This document shows, in pieces, positions 6,558 to 13,663 of a stretch of DNA of 13,947 bases. Numbering within the stretch: the stretch's first letter is position 1; every line of letters starts with the position of its first letter. Where the stretch lies: positions 1 to 13,947 of the forward strand of contig JAZDIN010000049.1 in the NCBI GenBank assembly GCA_043804895.1, given 5' to 3'. This DNA comes from Candidatus Altiarchaeota archaeon (GTDB taxonomy: Archaea; Altiarchaeota; Altiarchaeia; IMC4; SCGC-AAA252-I15). The notes below the pieces were generated by a model, which worked only from the letters and a program-made list of their open reading frames with translations, did no database searches and was not told the origin of the DNA. The position numbers and the translations under genes are program-made.

Positions 6558-7658
6558 CTATAACCTTAGTCTGAGGCGTTTTTCAACTAACTCGTTTAAT
6601 GCGTTGAAGCTGTTCTGTAGGGTGTAACTTGAAGCATGCCTCTTGGACAGGATGCTCAGTCGTTGGTAATACTCCTCATCCTCGTACAGTTTGTTAATCT
6701 CTTCAGCCCATTTGTCCACATCGTCTGCTGCAACTTTTACCGCGGCGTCGCCTCCCATCTCAGATGCGCCGCCAACGTCGCTGACTATGCATGGTATGCC
6801 GCTCACCATAGCCTCCGGGATTATCCTTGGGGAGCTGTCTGCCATGTCAGAGGGGACTATAACGATTCGGGACTTACTGTAGGCTTCTCTCATGTCCTCC
6901 ACGAAGCCGAGGTATTCGACGTTCTCCTCTTTGGTGAGCCACTGGACGTCTTTATCAACTTTCCCTGCTAGGACGAACTTCCTCCCCCTAAGCCTTTTCA
7001 CAAGCTTTGACACAAGCTCCACTCCTTTGTGTTTCGTCGGGTTGACGAACAGTACGGCATCCCCATGTTCTTCGACGCGGCAGCTTTCCAGGTCCATCAG
7101 GTTAGGCACTACGTCGCAGACCCTCCCGGTGTAGTGTTCCACGACCTTCCGCATGAAATCCGTCTGTGCGATTACCATGTCCGCGCTTCTGATGGCTTCC
7201 CTGTTGCGGCTGTAAATAAGCTGATAGGCAGGGTGTAGAAAAAGCCCCCTCACCCCCTCGCACTTCCAGCAATTGTGGTTGCATTCGAAGACGTTCCTGT
7301 GTTTGAATGAGTCAAGGCAGAAGTGTTCGAAGCTGCGGATGTAGAAAAGACACGGTACCCGTTTCCTCTTGCACCAGAATACTGTGGGTGCTGCAGCGTT
7401 CACTTGCGTGATAATCAAGTCTGGCTTGAAGCCAAGGCCATCCAGATACCTGCTCCAGAAGAGGTTTATGTAAAGGATGTTATTGGGGCAGGAGACTTCA
7501 TGGACTTTTATACCATTCCACTCGTAGACGCCTTTGCTTCCCCTGGAGACGACGTGCACCTCATGTTTCTCAGCTAGTCTCTTCAAAAGCGTCTGAGCAC
7601 TTATCTCAGCCCCCCCGACATCGTTTCGGAAATTCTGCGCAGAAAAGATTATCCTCAT
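6558..7658 (-). CDS. GT4 family glycosyltransferase with Cys-rich insert
   Basis: N-terminal GGAEIS, VNPTKHKG, D-x7-E (DSSPRIIPE) and AMVSGIPCIVSDVGG; C114-x11-C126-x3-C130-x2-C133 insert. Confidence 0.9.
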   Translation of the reverse strand: MRIIFSAQNFRNDVGGAEISAQTLLKRLAEKHEVHVVSRGSKGVYEWNGIKVHEVSCPNNILYINLFWSRYLDGLGFKPDLIITQVNAAAPTVFWCKRKRVPCLFYIRSFEHFCLDSFKHRNVFECNHNCWKCEGVRGLFLHPAYQLIYSRNREAIRSADMVIAQTDFMRKVVEHYTGRVCDVVPNLMDLESCRVEEHGDAVLFVNPTKHKGVELVSKLVKRLRGRKFVLAGKVDKDVQWLTKEENVEYLGFVEDMREAYSKSRIVIVPSDMADSSPRIIPEAMVSGIPCIVSDVGGASEMGGDAAVKVAADDVDKWAEEINKLYEDEEYYQRLSILSKRHASSYTLQNSFNALNELVEKRLRLRL

Positions 7659-7708
7659 ATTAGCATATGCTATCTGATAGTTAAATCAGCTGGGGGATAA
7701 TAACTCAT
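7659..7708. promoter_or_regulatory. Compact divergent promoter region
   Basis: 50 nt between divergent ATGs; TTAAAT at 7681-7686 is equidistant from both starts; perfect palindrome TAGCATATGCTA at 7661-7672. Confidence 0.5.
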
Positions 7709-8869
7709 ATGGCTCTATGGGATGCTGTTCGGAAGATGCAGATTCGAACACTCGTCTTCTCAACCCTGCTTCTATACTTCATCGCTCTCTCATCGTACTC
7801 GATTGTCTGGACTGAAAGCCATAACCTGGATTTGACGGTGTTCGTCCACGCAGGCGAAAAACTAGGTTTGGAATTCCCAGGAGTCTACACGTATCCTGGC
7901 TCCGAAGGCTATGACGGCCAGATATATCTCCTGATTGCCGAGCATCCACTTGATCTGTCTAAGATGCGGGAGGTTGATTCGGAACAGTGCATCTACTACC
8001 GTTACCAGCGCATCCTATATCCGCTCACCGTTCATGCGCTCTCGCTGGGTAGCATAAGGCTGATGCCCTACATGATGCTCCTCGTCAACCTAGTTTCTGT
8101 CCTACTATCCACCGTCGTATTCCATAAGCTACTCTCACTGTCGAAACATCCTCTTGCCTACTCTCTCTATCTGCCGATGACAACAGGTTTGTTCCTCTCA
8201 GTGCTTCTTGACTTGACTGAGCCCATGTGGGTCCTCTTCATTTTAGCGGCGTTTTACTTCCTCAGTAGGGGCGAGCATGTGAAATCAGCGGCGTTCATAT
8301 TACTCGCGTCCTTCACCAAAGAGACCACCCTTCTCCTGGTTGTTCCGCTCGTTCTCCATTACCTCTATATCCGCGACAGTAGAACTGCGATCGTATTCTT
8401 AGCATCATTGGTTCCATTCCTAATGTGGCAGGGTGTGCTGTTCTCAGTGTTCGGTTCTGTCCCGTTGCTGTATTCCATGACGTTTTCGACCGACTACCAG
8501 TGGCTCTATGACTCATTACTCTCAAACCTAACTTCGCCTCAGATTCCAATGCTTCCAGTATACTTGATTCTTGCGACCATCCCTGCAGCAATTGTCGTAT
8601 CACTGTCAGCTTTCAGGAGGAACAAGTCTGCAGTGACGACCGTCCTTTTGGCCAATTCTATGCTAATACTACTCCTTCTCGTGAAGAAGATACCCTGGGA
8701 GGATGTCTTCGCAGCTTCGCGGACTATACTGCCTCTGGCCCTAGTAGCGCTCATATACCTTGCAGAATCTGGTGACAGAAAGACCCACTACGTGCTTTTA
8801 CCCTCAGCTGTGTTGACTCTCCTCCTATCTGTGTTCTACCTAATTAAGGCGGTGTCAATATTAGTCTAA
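7709..8869 (+). CDS. Polytopic membrane protein, GT-C-like (lipid-linked sugar) glycosyltransferase / cell-surface glycopolymer formation protein
   Basis: One N-terminal TM helix, then an external loop with GYDGQIY and YRYQRILYP, followed by many TM helices with LTEP and TKET motifs typical of GT-C fold proteins. An alternative start at 7736 is possible. Confidence 0.7.
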   Translation: MALWDAVRKMQIRTLVFSTLLLYFIALSSYSIVWTESHNLDLTVFVHAGEKLGLEFPGVYTYPGSEGYDGQIYLLIAEHPLDLSKMREVDSEQCIYYRYQRILYPLTVHALSLGSIRLMPYMMLLVNLVSVLLSTVVFHKLLSLSKHPLAYSLYLPMTTGLFLSVLLDLTEPMWVLFILAAFYFLSRGEHVKSAAFILLASFTKETTLLLVVPLVLHYLYIRDSRTAIVFLASLVPFLMWQGVLFSVFGSVPLLYSMTFSTDYQWLYDSLLSNLTSPQIPMLPVYLILATIPAAIVVSLSAFRRNKSAVTTVLLANSMLILLLLVKKIPWEDVFAASRTILPLALVALIYLAESGDRKTHYVLLPSAVLTLLLSVFYLIKAVSILV

Positions 8870-8873
8870 CATC

Positions 8874-9950
8874 ATGAAGGCCCTCATACTGCACGACTAC
8901 CTGGACAATATCGGCGGGGGGGAGAAGTTGATGCTGGCTCTCGCCCGTGAGGTTGGTGCTGACTTCGCGACGTTGGATTATGATAGTAGGGTGGTTGACG
9001 ACATGGACCTTACTGGGGTGAATGTCATCAACCTAGGGTCAACTCCTAAGCTGCCGCCCCTCAAGCAGATTGCAGCATCCATGAAGTACAGTCTTTGTGA
9101 CCTCAGAAGAGACTACGACTTTTTCATCTTCAGCGGCAATTGGGCCCACTACGCCGCCAGGACGCATCATCCTAACCTCTGGTACTGTCACACCCCTGTT
9201 AGGGCGTTCTACACAGACTATGAGAATATGGCTCTTAGGATGGGGTGGCAGAGCACGTTATTCAGGTTGTGGGTTACAGTCCACCGGAGGTTGGACGGAC
9301 GTTCCGTCAGGAATGTGGACAAGATACTCGTAAACTCCAAAAATACGCAAGGCAGGGTCAAAAGATATTATGGCCGCGACTGCGAAGTAGTCTATCCTGG
9401 CATAGACACTAAGAGGTTCGGTTATAAGGAGTCCGGGGATTTCTGGTTGAGCGTGAACCGCCTGTACCCTGAGAAGAGGGTTGACTTACAGGCTGATGCT
9501 TTCCGGATGATGCCTGACGAGAGGCTGGTTGTCGTCGGCGGGAACCTCGCAGGCGACCACTCGAACAAATATGTCGCGAAACTATTGAGAAACAAGCCCG
9601 CAAATGTTGAGTACCGTGGGCGCGTGCCAGAGGATGAAGTAATAGACCTCTACTCCCGCTGTAAAGGGTTCATCTGCACAGCTTTGGATGAGGATTTTGG
9701 GATGACGCCTGTGGAGGCCATGGCGTCTGGGAAGCCAGTTGTTGCGACACGTGAGGGAGGCTACCTGGAGACTGTGGTGGATGGCGTGACTGGCGTGTTC
9801 GTAAACGCGAATGCCCTCGACATCAAAGCTGCGGTGAGAGAGGTTGGCGGCGACCCAGGAAGGTATCGGAGAGCATGCGAAAAACGCGCCCTCCTATTCG
9901 ACTTCAAGGTTTTTGTTGAATGTATGAAAGGACATGTTTCCGACATATAA
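8874..9950 (+). CDS. GT4 glycosyltransferase, WbaZ-like (putative mannosyltransferase)
   Basis: HDYL...GGGEK, YCHTPVR, VNRLYPEKRVD and EDFGMTPVEAMASGKPV are WbaZ-like signatures with an intact E-x7-E. Confidence 0.92.
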   Translation: MKALILHDYLDNIGGGEKLMLALAREVGADFATLDYDSRVVDDMDLTGVNVINLGSTPKLPPLKQIAASMKYSLCDLRRDYDFFIFSGNWAHYAARTHHPNLWYCHTPVRAFYTDYENMALRMGWQSTLFRLWVTVHRRLDGRSVRNVDKILVNSKNTQGRVKRYYGRDCEVVYPGIDTKRFGYKESGDFWLSVNRLYPEKRVDLQADAFRMMPDERLVVVGGNLAGDHSNKYVAKLLRNKPANVEYRGRVPEDEVIDLYSRCKGFICTALDEDFGMTPVEAMASGKPVVATREGGYLETVVDGVTGVFVNANALDIKAAVREVGGDPGRYRRACEKRALLFDFKVFVECMKGHVSDI

Positions 9951-9983
9951 ACGTAGGTTTCTAGTATATATGGGTGAATTGGT

Positions 9984-10697
9984 TTGTTTGATGAAGCTAA
10001 AGCGGGCATGATAGATAACCTGAAAAAGGAGATAGCCCGCCTGGAGTGGGAGGAGCAGCTTCTTCGAAAAAGGGATGACCGCCTCAGATGGGAGGAGGAG
10101 ATGCTCCAGATGGAGGACGGCCTGAAGGTTCGTGGCGGACTGTTGATAGACAAAATGCCTCCAGGGACAGTGGGTTCCACGCATTCGGACCAAATTTCAA
10201 AGGCCTCATCCACCACCGTCGTGCAAATGCCTGATGAAGTCTCACTCGAGTTAGGCTCAACCTACCTTCTCTTCGACCAGAGTATCGAGAAGAGTACGCG
10301 CCTGTTCAAAGCCGAAATGGATAAGGGACTGAAAGGACTGTACATTACCCGCGGCAACCCAAACCAGGTAAGGAAACTCTACGATTTGGGTGAGGCTAGG
10401 GTGTGTTGGCTCACGAGCGTCCGGGCCAGTGATGGTATGATGACAGTCTCAGGCCTTCAGGAGTTGAGCATACTTGTCAGCAACTTCATAGACGAGAACA
10501 ACAATAGCGTGATACTCTTGGATGGTCTTGAATACCTGGTGAGCAACAACGATTTTCCCATAGTGCTTCGGTTGCTGCAACAGATAAGGGATAAGGTCAG
10601 CACGTCCGAGTCTAAGATGCTGATCCCCATTAATCCAGACGCTCTTGATGGCAGGCAGCTCACCCTTTTGGAGCGCGAATGCCACACAATCAAGTGA
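9984..10697 (+). CDS. DUF835 domain protein (inactive KaiC/RecA-fold module) with N-terminal coiled coil
   Basis: GLYITRGNP, VCWLT, VILLDGLEYLVSNNDF, LQQIRDKV and L-x-LLERE are DUF835 motifs. TTG start preceded by GGTGA (9973-9977); ATG at 10008 is an alternative. Confidence 0.85.
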   Translation: MFDEAKAGMIDNLKKEIARLEWEEQLLRKRDDRLRWEEEMLQMEDGLKVRGGLLIDKMPPGTVGSTHSDQISKASSTTVVQMPDEVSLELGSTYLLFDQSIEKSTRLFKAEMDKGLKGLYITRGNPNQVRKLYDLGEARVCWLTSVRASDGMMTVSGLQELSILVSNFIDENNNSVILLDGLEYLVSNNDFPIVLRLLQQIRDKVSTSESKMLIPINPDALDGRQLTLLERECHTIK

Positions 10698-10711
10698 AAC
10701 CGGCTTTTTGG

Positions 10712-10746
10712 CGAAACCGCTATTTATTTATACTCGTTGGTACCAA
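10712..10746 (+). promoter_or_regulatory. Probable promoter of the archaellum cluster/leader RNA with palindromic operator
   Basis: CGAAA followed by TTTATTTATA (10723-10732), then the perfect palindrome TTGGTACCAA (10737-10746); predicted TSS near 10755. Confidence 0.55.
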
Positions 10747-10754
10747 TTAACTAT

Positions 10755-11027
10755 TGGGGGGTGTCCTCTAGTTGTAGCTATCAGTTGTTGATGTGAAATT
10801 GCGTCAGGCTGATAGTAAAGAGGCGTCCTTGCTACGTGTAATCTCAGCTGGTGCGTAAGCCTGCTGGATTATAAACCTTAGGTGGCTAGGATGGTGTCAA
10901 AGAGGTCTGGCGCAGTAGCGCCGGTGGGGGGGGTAATATTGGAAAGCATTATCAGATTCTATCCTAGATTGTTGTTAGCTGAAATTTCTCCTTGCGTTAG
11001 TCCTACAAAGAAGGGGGGGGTGGTCAG
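10755..11027 (+). ncRNA. Candidate structured 5' leader or ncRNA of unknown family
   Basis: Hand-folded consecutive helices at 10757-10830, 10837-10873 (GUAA loop), 10886-10967 (multibranch) and 10985-11019. Many G-U pairs favour the + strand. Confidence 0.45.
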
Positions 11028-12701
11028 ATGATAAAGGAGCTCCTAGATGGGATAAAGTCCAGGCTTAAGGGAGTCGGTGAGAAGCCGACCACGCTTCCCC
11101 CTGTCGGGGGTTTACCGCCAGCGCAAGTGGAGACTCAGCCTGCGGCTCCTGCTGCGCCAGCTACTGCACCGTCTACTCCTTCGACAGAGGACTTCACTGC
11201 CCTTTTGGGTGGTGGCGGGGACACTGAAGAGTTGCAGAATAAAATAAAAACCTTAGAGGATAAGACCACAAAACTTGAGTCGACAGTCAAGGAGACCCTT
11301 GACATGACAAAGGAGAACCGTGACAGGCTTGACAGCATAGACTCTAACATGAAGAAGTTCATATCCCTATACGAGCTGGTCACCAACCAAATAAACCCAT
11401 TCGTTGATACAGCCCAGCCGTTCAAGAAGGCTGCAAATTTACCTAAGCCTGTGGAATCTGAGGAGGAACCTAAGCCTGTGAGGGAGAAACCTAAGCATGT
11501 GAAGGAGGAACCTGAGTATGTGGAGGAGGAACCTAACTCAGAGGATGTTGTGGTGTCGCCACTCGAGGATATGGTGAAGCCTGAGCCGAAGCCCCAGCCG
11601 AAGCGTGAGTTGAAGCCTGAACCAGTCACCGAACCCGCTGATGGATCGGAGAAGGTGATGTTCCTCCAGTCTGTGAAGGACGGTAACGCTTCGTTCGTGC
11701 TCGAGTGGATAACATCGCTTGTGAGCAAGGACGGCAACATAGAACACAACACAAAGCTCCTGAAGTACCTCTGGGAACTGGGGTGGATAACGCCGAAGGC
11801 TTATGAGGCTCTCATGCAACACATTCAGGCTCTAGCGCAGGCTGGGAGGATGGTAGCGCAGCCTCAGCGTATACCGATGACAGTTGGTGTGCCGTCAGGG
11901 TTTTCCAACACCCCCCCAACTTCATTTTCCCCAGGTAATGTGAGGACGCCGTTCCCATTACCTCCACAGGGGGCAAACGCCGACAACCTAATACCGGTCC
12001 TGGAGTGGCTGAGGTACCTTGTCGACAAGATTGGTTACACCGAGGCATTGGAAGTGCTCAAATACCTTGTGCAACTCGACTGGATAACTCCTGAAGCTCA
12101 TGCTGCGCTCTTGAACTACATAGACAAGTCAGTGCAACCAAGTCAGCTGCACAAGATGCAGTCCAGTCAGGTGCCGCAGTGGCAGAAACCCGAGTCTAGG
12201 GTAACGTTGACTCCGAGACAGATTCCAACTCCTGGAGAATTCATGAGAGTCAATGAGTACAGGATACCCATACAACCCACGGAACAGATGCCTGTTCCGA
12301 TACAACCTCAGCAGCAAGAATACTCCCCTCAGGCGCAATACCAGAAGCCAAGGCGGCAGGTGCCTGTGACGCCGCAGCCGGATGCGATAATCCCACTCAC
12401 CGAGTTGGGTTCTGATATAGAGTCGTTGGCTATCGTGCTTGAGTGGATAAGGTACATGGTGGACCGGGCTGGGGTTAACGGGGCGAAGGAGATATTCAAC
12501 TACTACCTGAACATCGGATGGGTGGACGAGGACGTCTACCAGCAGCTTGTGAAGTACGTGGAGGGTATCAAGGTGAGTGAGGAGGAGAGGGTGGGCTACC
12601 AGCCTACAATCGAGGACCATGCCACCTCATTGTTCTTCATAAGCAAGCTCAAACACATGGAGTTGAGCGATAAGGACGTAAACTCCATGTTGGGGAAGTA
12701 G
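11028..12701 (+). CDS. flaCDE: Archaellum switch/accessory protein: FlaC (ArlC) domain fused to three FlaD/E (ArlD/E)-type repeats
   Basis: Coiled coil ending SLYELVTNQINPF (FlaC signature, aa ~67-126); three VLEW...Y...(G/D)W(I/V) repeats starting at aa 224, 324 and 470; the last also has EDHATSLFFI. The composite symbol is descriptive. Confidence 0.85.
   Translation: MIKELLDGIKSRLKGVGEKPTTLPPVGGLPPAQVETQPAAPAAPATAPSTPSTEDFTALLGGGGDTEELQNKIKTLEDKTTKLESTVKETLDMTKENRDRLDSIDSNMKKFISLYELVTNQINPFVDTAQPFKKAANLPKPVESEEEPKPVREKPKHVKEEPEYVEEEPNSEDVVVSPLEDMVKPEPKPQPKRELKPEPVTEPADGSEKVMFLQSVKDGNASFVLEWITSLVSKDGNIEHNTKLLKYLWELGWITPKAYEALMQHIQALAQAGRMVAQPQRIPMTVGVPSGFSNTPPTSFSPGNVRTPFPLPPQGANADNLIPVLEWLRYLVDKIGYTEALEVLKYLVQLDWITPEAHAALLNYIDKSVQPSQLHKMQSSQVPQWQKPESRVTLTPRQIPTPGEFMRVNEYRIPIQPTEQMPVPIQPQQQEYSPQAQYQKPRRQVPVTPQPDAIIPLTELGSDIESLAIVLEWIRYMVDRAGVNGAKEIFNYYLNIGWVDEDVYQQLVKYVEGIKVSEEERVGYQPTIEDHATSLFFISKLKHMELSDKDVNSMLGK
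11460..11537 (+). repeat. 21-bp coding tandem repeat (about 3.7 copies) in the FlaCDE linker
   Basis: GAGGAGGAACCTAAGCCTGTG / AGGGAGAAACCTAAGCATGTG / AAGGAGGAACCTGAGTATGTG / GAGGAGGAACCTAAC, encoding EEEPKPV-REKPKHV-KEEPEYV-EEEPN. Confidence 0.85.
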
Positions 12702-12702
12702 C

Positions 12703-12709
12703 TTAAATA
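12703..12709 (+). promoter_or_regulatory. Possible internal TATA box for a leaderless flaG transcript
   Basis: TTAAATA lies 22-28 nt upstream of the ATG at 12731; no GGAGG/GGTGA-type RBS close to that ATG. Confidence 0.45.
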
Positions 12710-12730
12710 TCTTGGGGCATAATATCTCAC

Positions 12731-13177
12731 ATGGGTTTCAGCACCATAACTGCTCAACTTATATTCTTCATTGCTGTGGTACTGGTTTCAGCAGGCGTCA
12801 TAGCCACATTAGGGTATTATATCGACCAGGTCATGAATGCGATGTCTGACAAGCAGCAGTACATAACTGGTCAGCTTCGCACTGACATAGTCATAACGAA
12901 CATATACAACAGCTCCGGCGATCTCATAATCTATGTCAAGAACGTCGGCAACAGCCAGCTTAAGACCAACTGCACTGAATTGTACGTTGACAGCGGGTGG
13001 ACTGACGTCGCAGAAAACGAGATTACCGACCCCACAAGCGGAGACCCACTATCGTACTGGGACCCTGAGGATACGATAAAACTATCCCCCGCTCCATCAA
13101 CCTATGACTCAACCCTTTCGATACATGAGGTCAAGTTCGTGACATGCAACGGCATATCGGATTCAGAAAATTTCTGA
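12731..13177 (+). CDS. flaG: Archaellum stator protein FlaG (ArlG) family
   Basis: N-terminal TM helix QLIFFIAVVLVSAGV; LRTDIVI, IYVKNVG, LYVD, WDPEDT and VTCNG are archaellin-like beta-sandwich motifs of FlaG/FlaF. Confidence 0.8.
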   Translation: MGFSTITAQLIFFIAVVLVSAGVIATLGYYIDQVMNAMSDKQQYITGQLRTDIVITNIYNSSGDLIIYVKNVGNSQLKTNCTELYVDSGWTDVAENEITDPTSGDPLSYWDPEDTIKLSPAPSTYDSTLSIHEVKFVTCNGISDSENF

Positions 13178-13215
13178 AAACACCTCCTTTTTACTCCTGC
13201 AGGCGATAGATTAAC

Positions 13216-13662
13216 ATGGGTCTGTCGACGATATACGCCAATGTCATTTTGGTCGTATTGGCTTTGACGGTGTCCTCGGCAGTCTGGTTCGCATATTCCA
13301 ACTACCTGGTCCACGTCACGCCTGAAGTCAAGGCCCAGGGTGATTATCTTAAGGAGCGTGTGGACACGAGCATAAAGTTGACTTCAGTGAGTGATGATCC
13401 GACACTCACTTACCTGGTGTTGAACGATGGGAAGACGATGTTGGACGTCAACTGCACTGACTTTTACGTCGACAGGGAGTGGTTGAGTAGAAGCGACATA
13501 GACTCCATCACCTTCTCTGACTACACCTTCGACCCGTACCTCTGGAATCCTGGCGAGAGCATAACGGTTGTCTTCGACTATTCGCCTGCTGCCGGCACCC
13601 ACGAGGGTCGGGTAGTCACCTGCAACGGCGTGTCAGACAGCATGATATTCACAACAACCTAA
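13216..13662 (+). CDS. flaF: Archaellum stator protein FlaF (ArlF) family
   Basis: MGLS start and TM helix; ERVDTSI, VLNDGKT, FYVD, LWNPGESI and VVTCNGV motifs. The F versus G assignment is by eye. Confidence 0.75.
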   Translation: MGLSTIYANVILVVLALTVSSAVWFAYSNYLVHVTPEVKAQGDYLKERVDTSIKLTSVSDDPTLTYLVLNDGKTMLDVNCTDFYVDREWLSRSDIDSITFSDYTFDPYLWNPGESITVVFDYSPAAGTHEGRVVTCNGVSDSMIFTTT

Positions 13663-13663
13663 A

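Noticed and set aside
3337-8922. G/C homopolymers in GT genes (C8 3337-3344, C7 7610-7616, G7 8916-8922) as contingency loci
   Set aside because: All encode Gly-Gly motifs, all ORFs are in frame, and the tracts are short.
10698-11027. RNase P RNA, SRP RNA or a known c-di-AMP/c-di-GMP riboswitch
   Set aside because: No GAGGAAAGUCC (RNase P), no SRP helix-8 motif and no full riboswitch consensus was found by eye on either strand.
93-13602. Numerous antisense or alternate-frame ORFs (e.g. 586-1014, 1444-1920, 2749-3504, 5876-6463, 9761-10216, 11135-11752, 12129-12620)
   Set aside because: They are shadows of well-supported genes, with no recognisable motifs.
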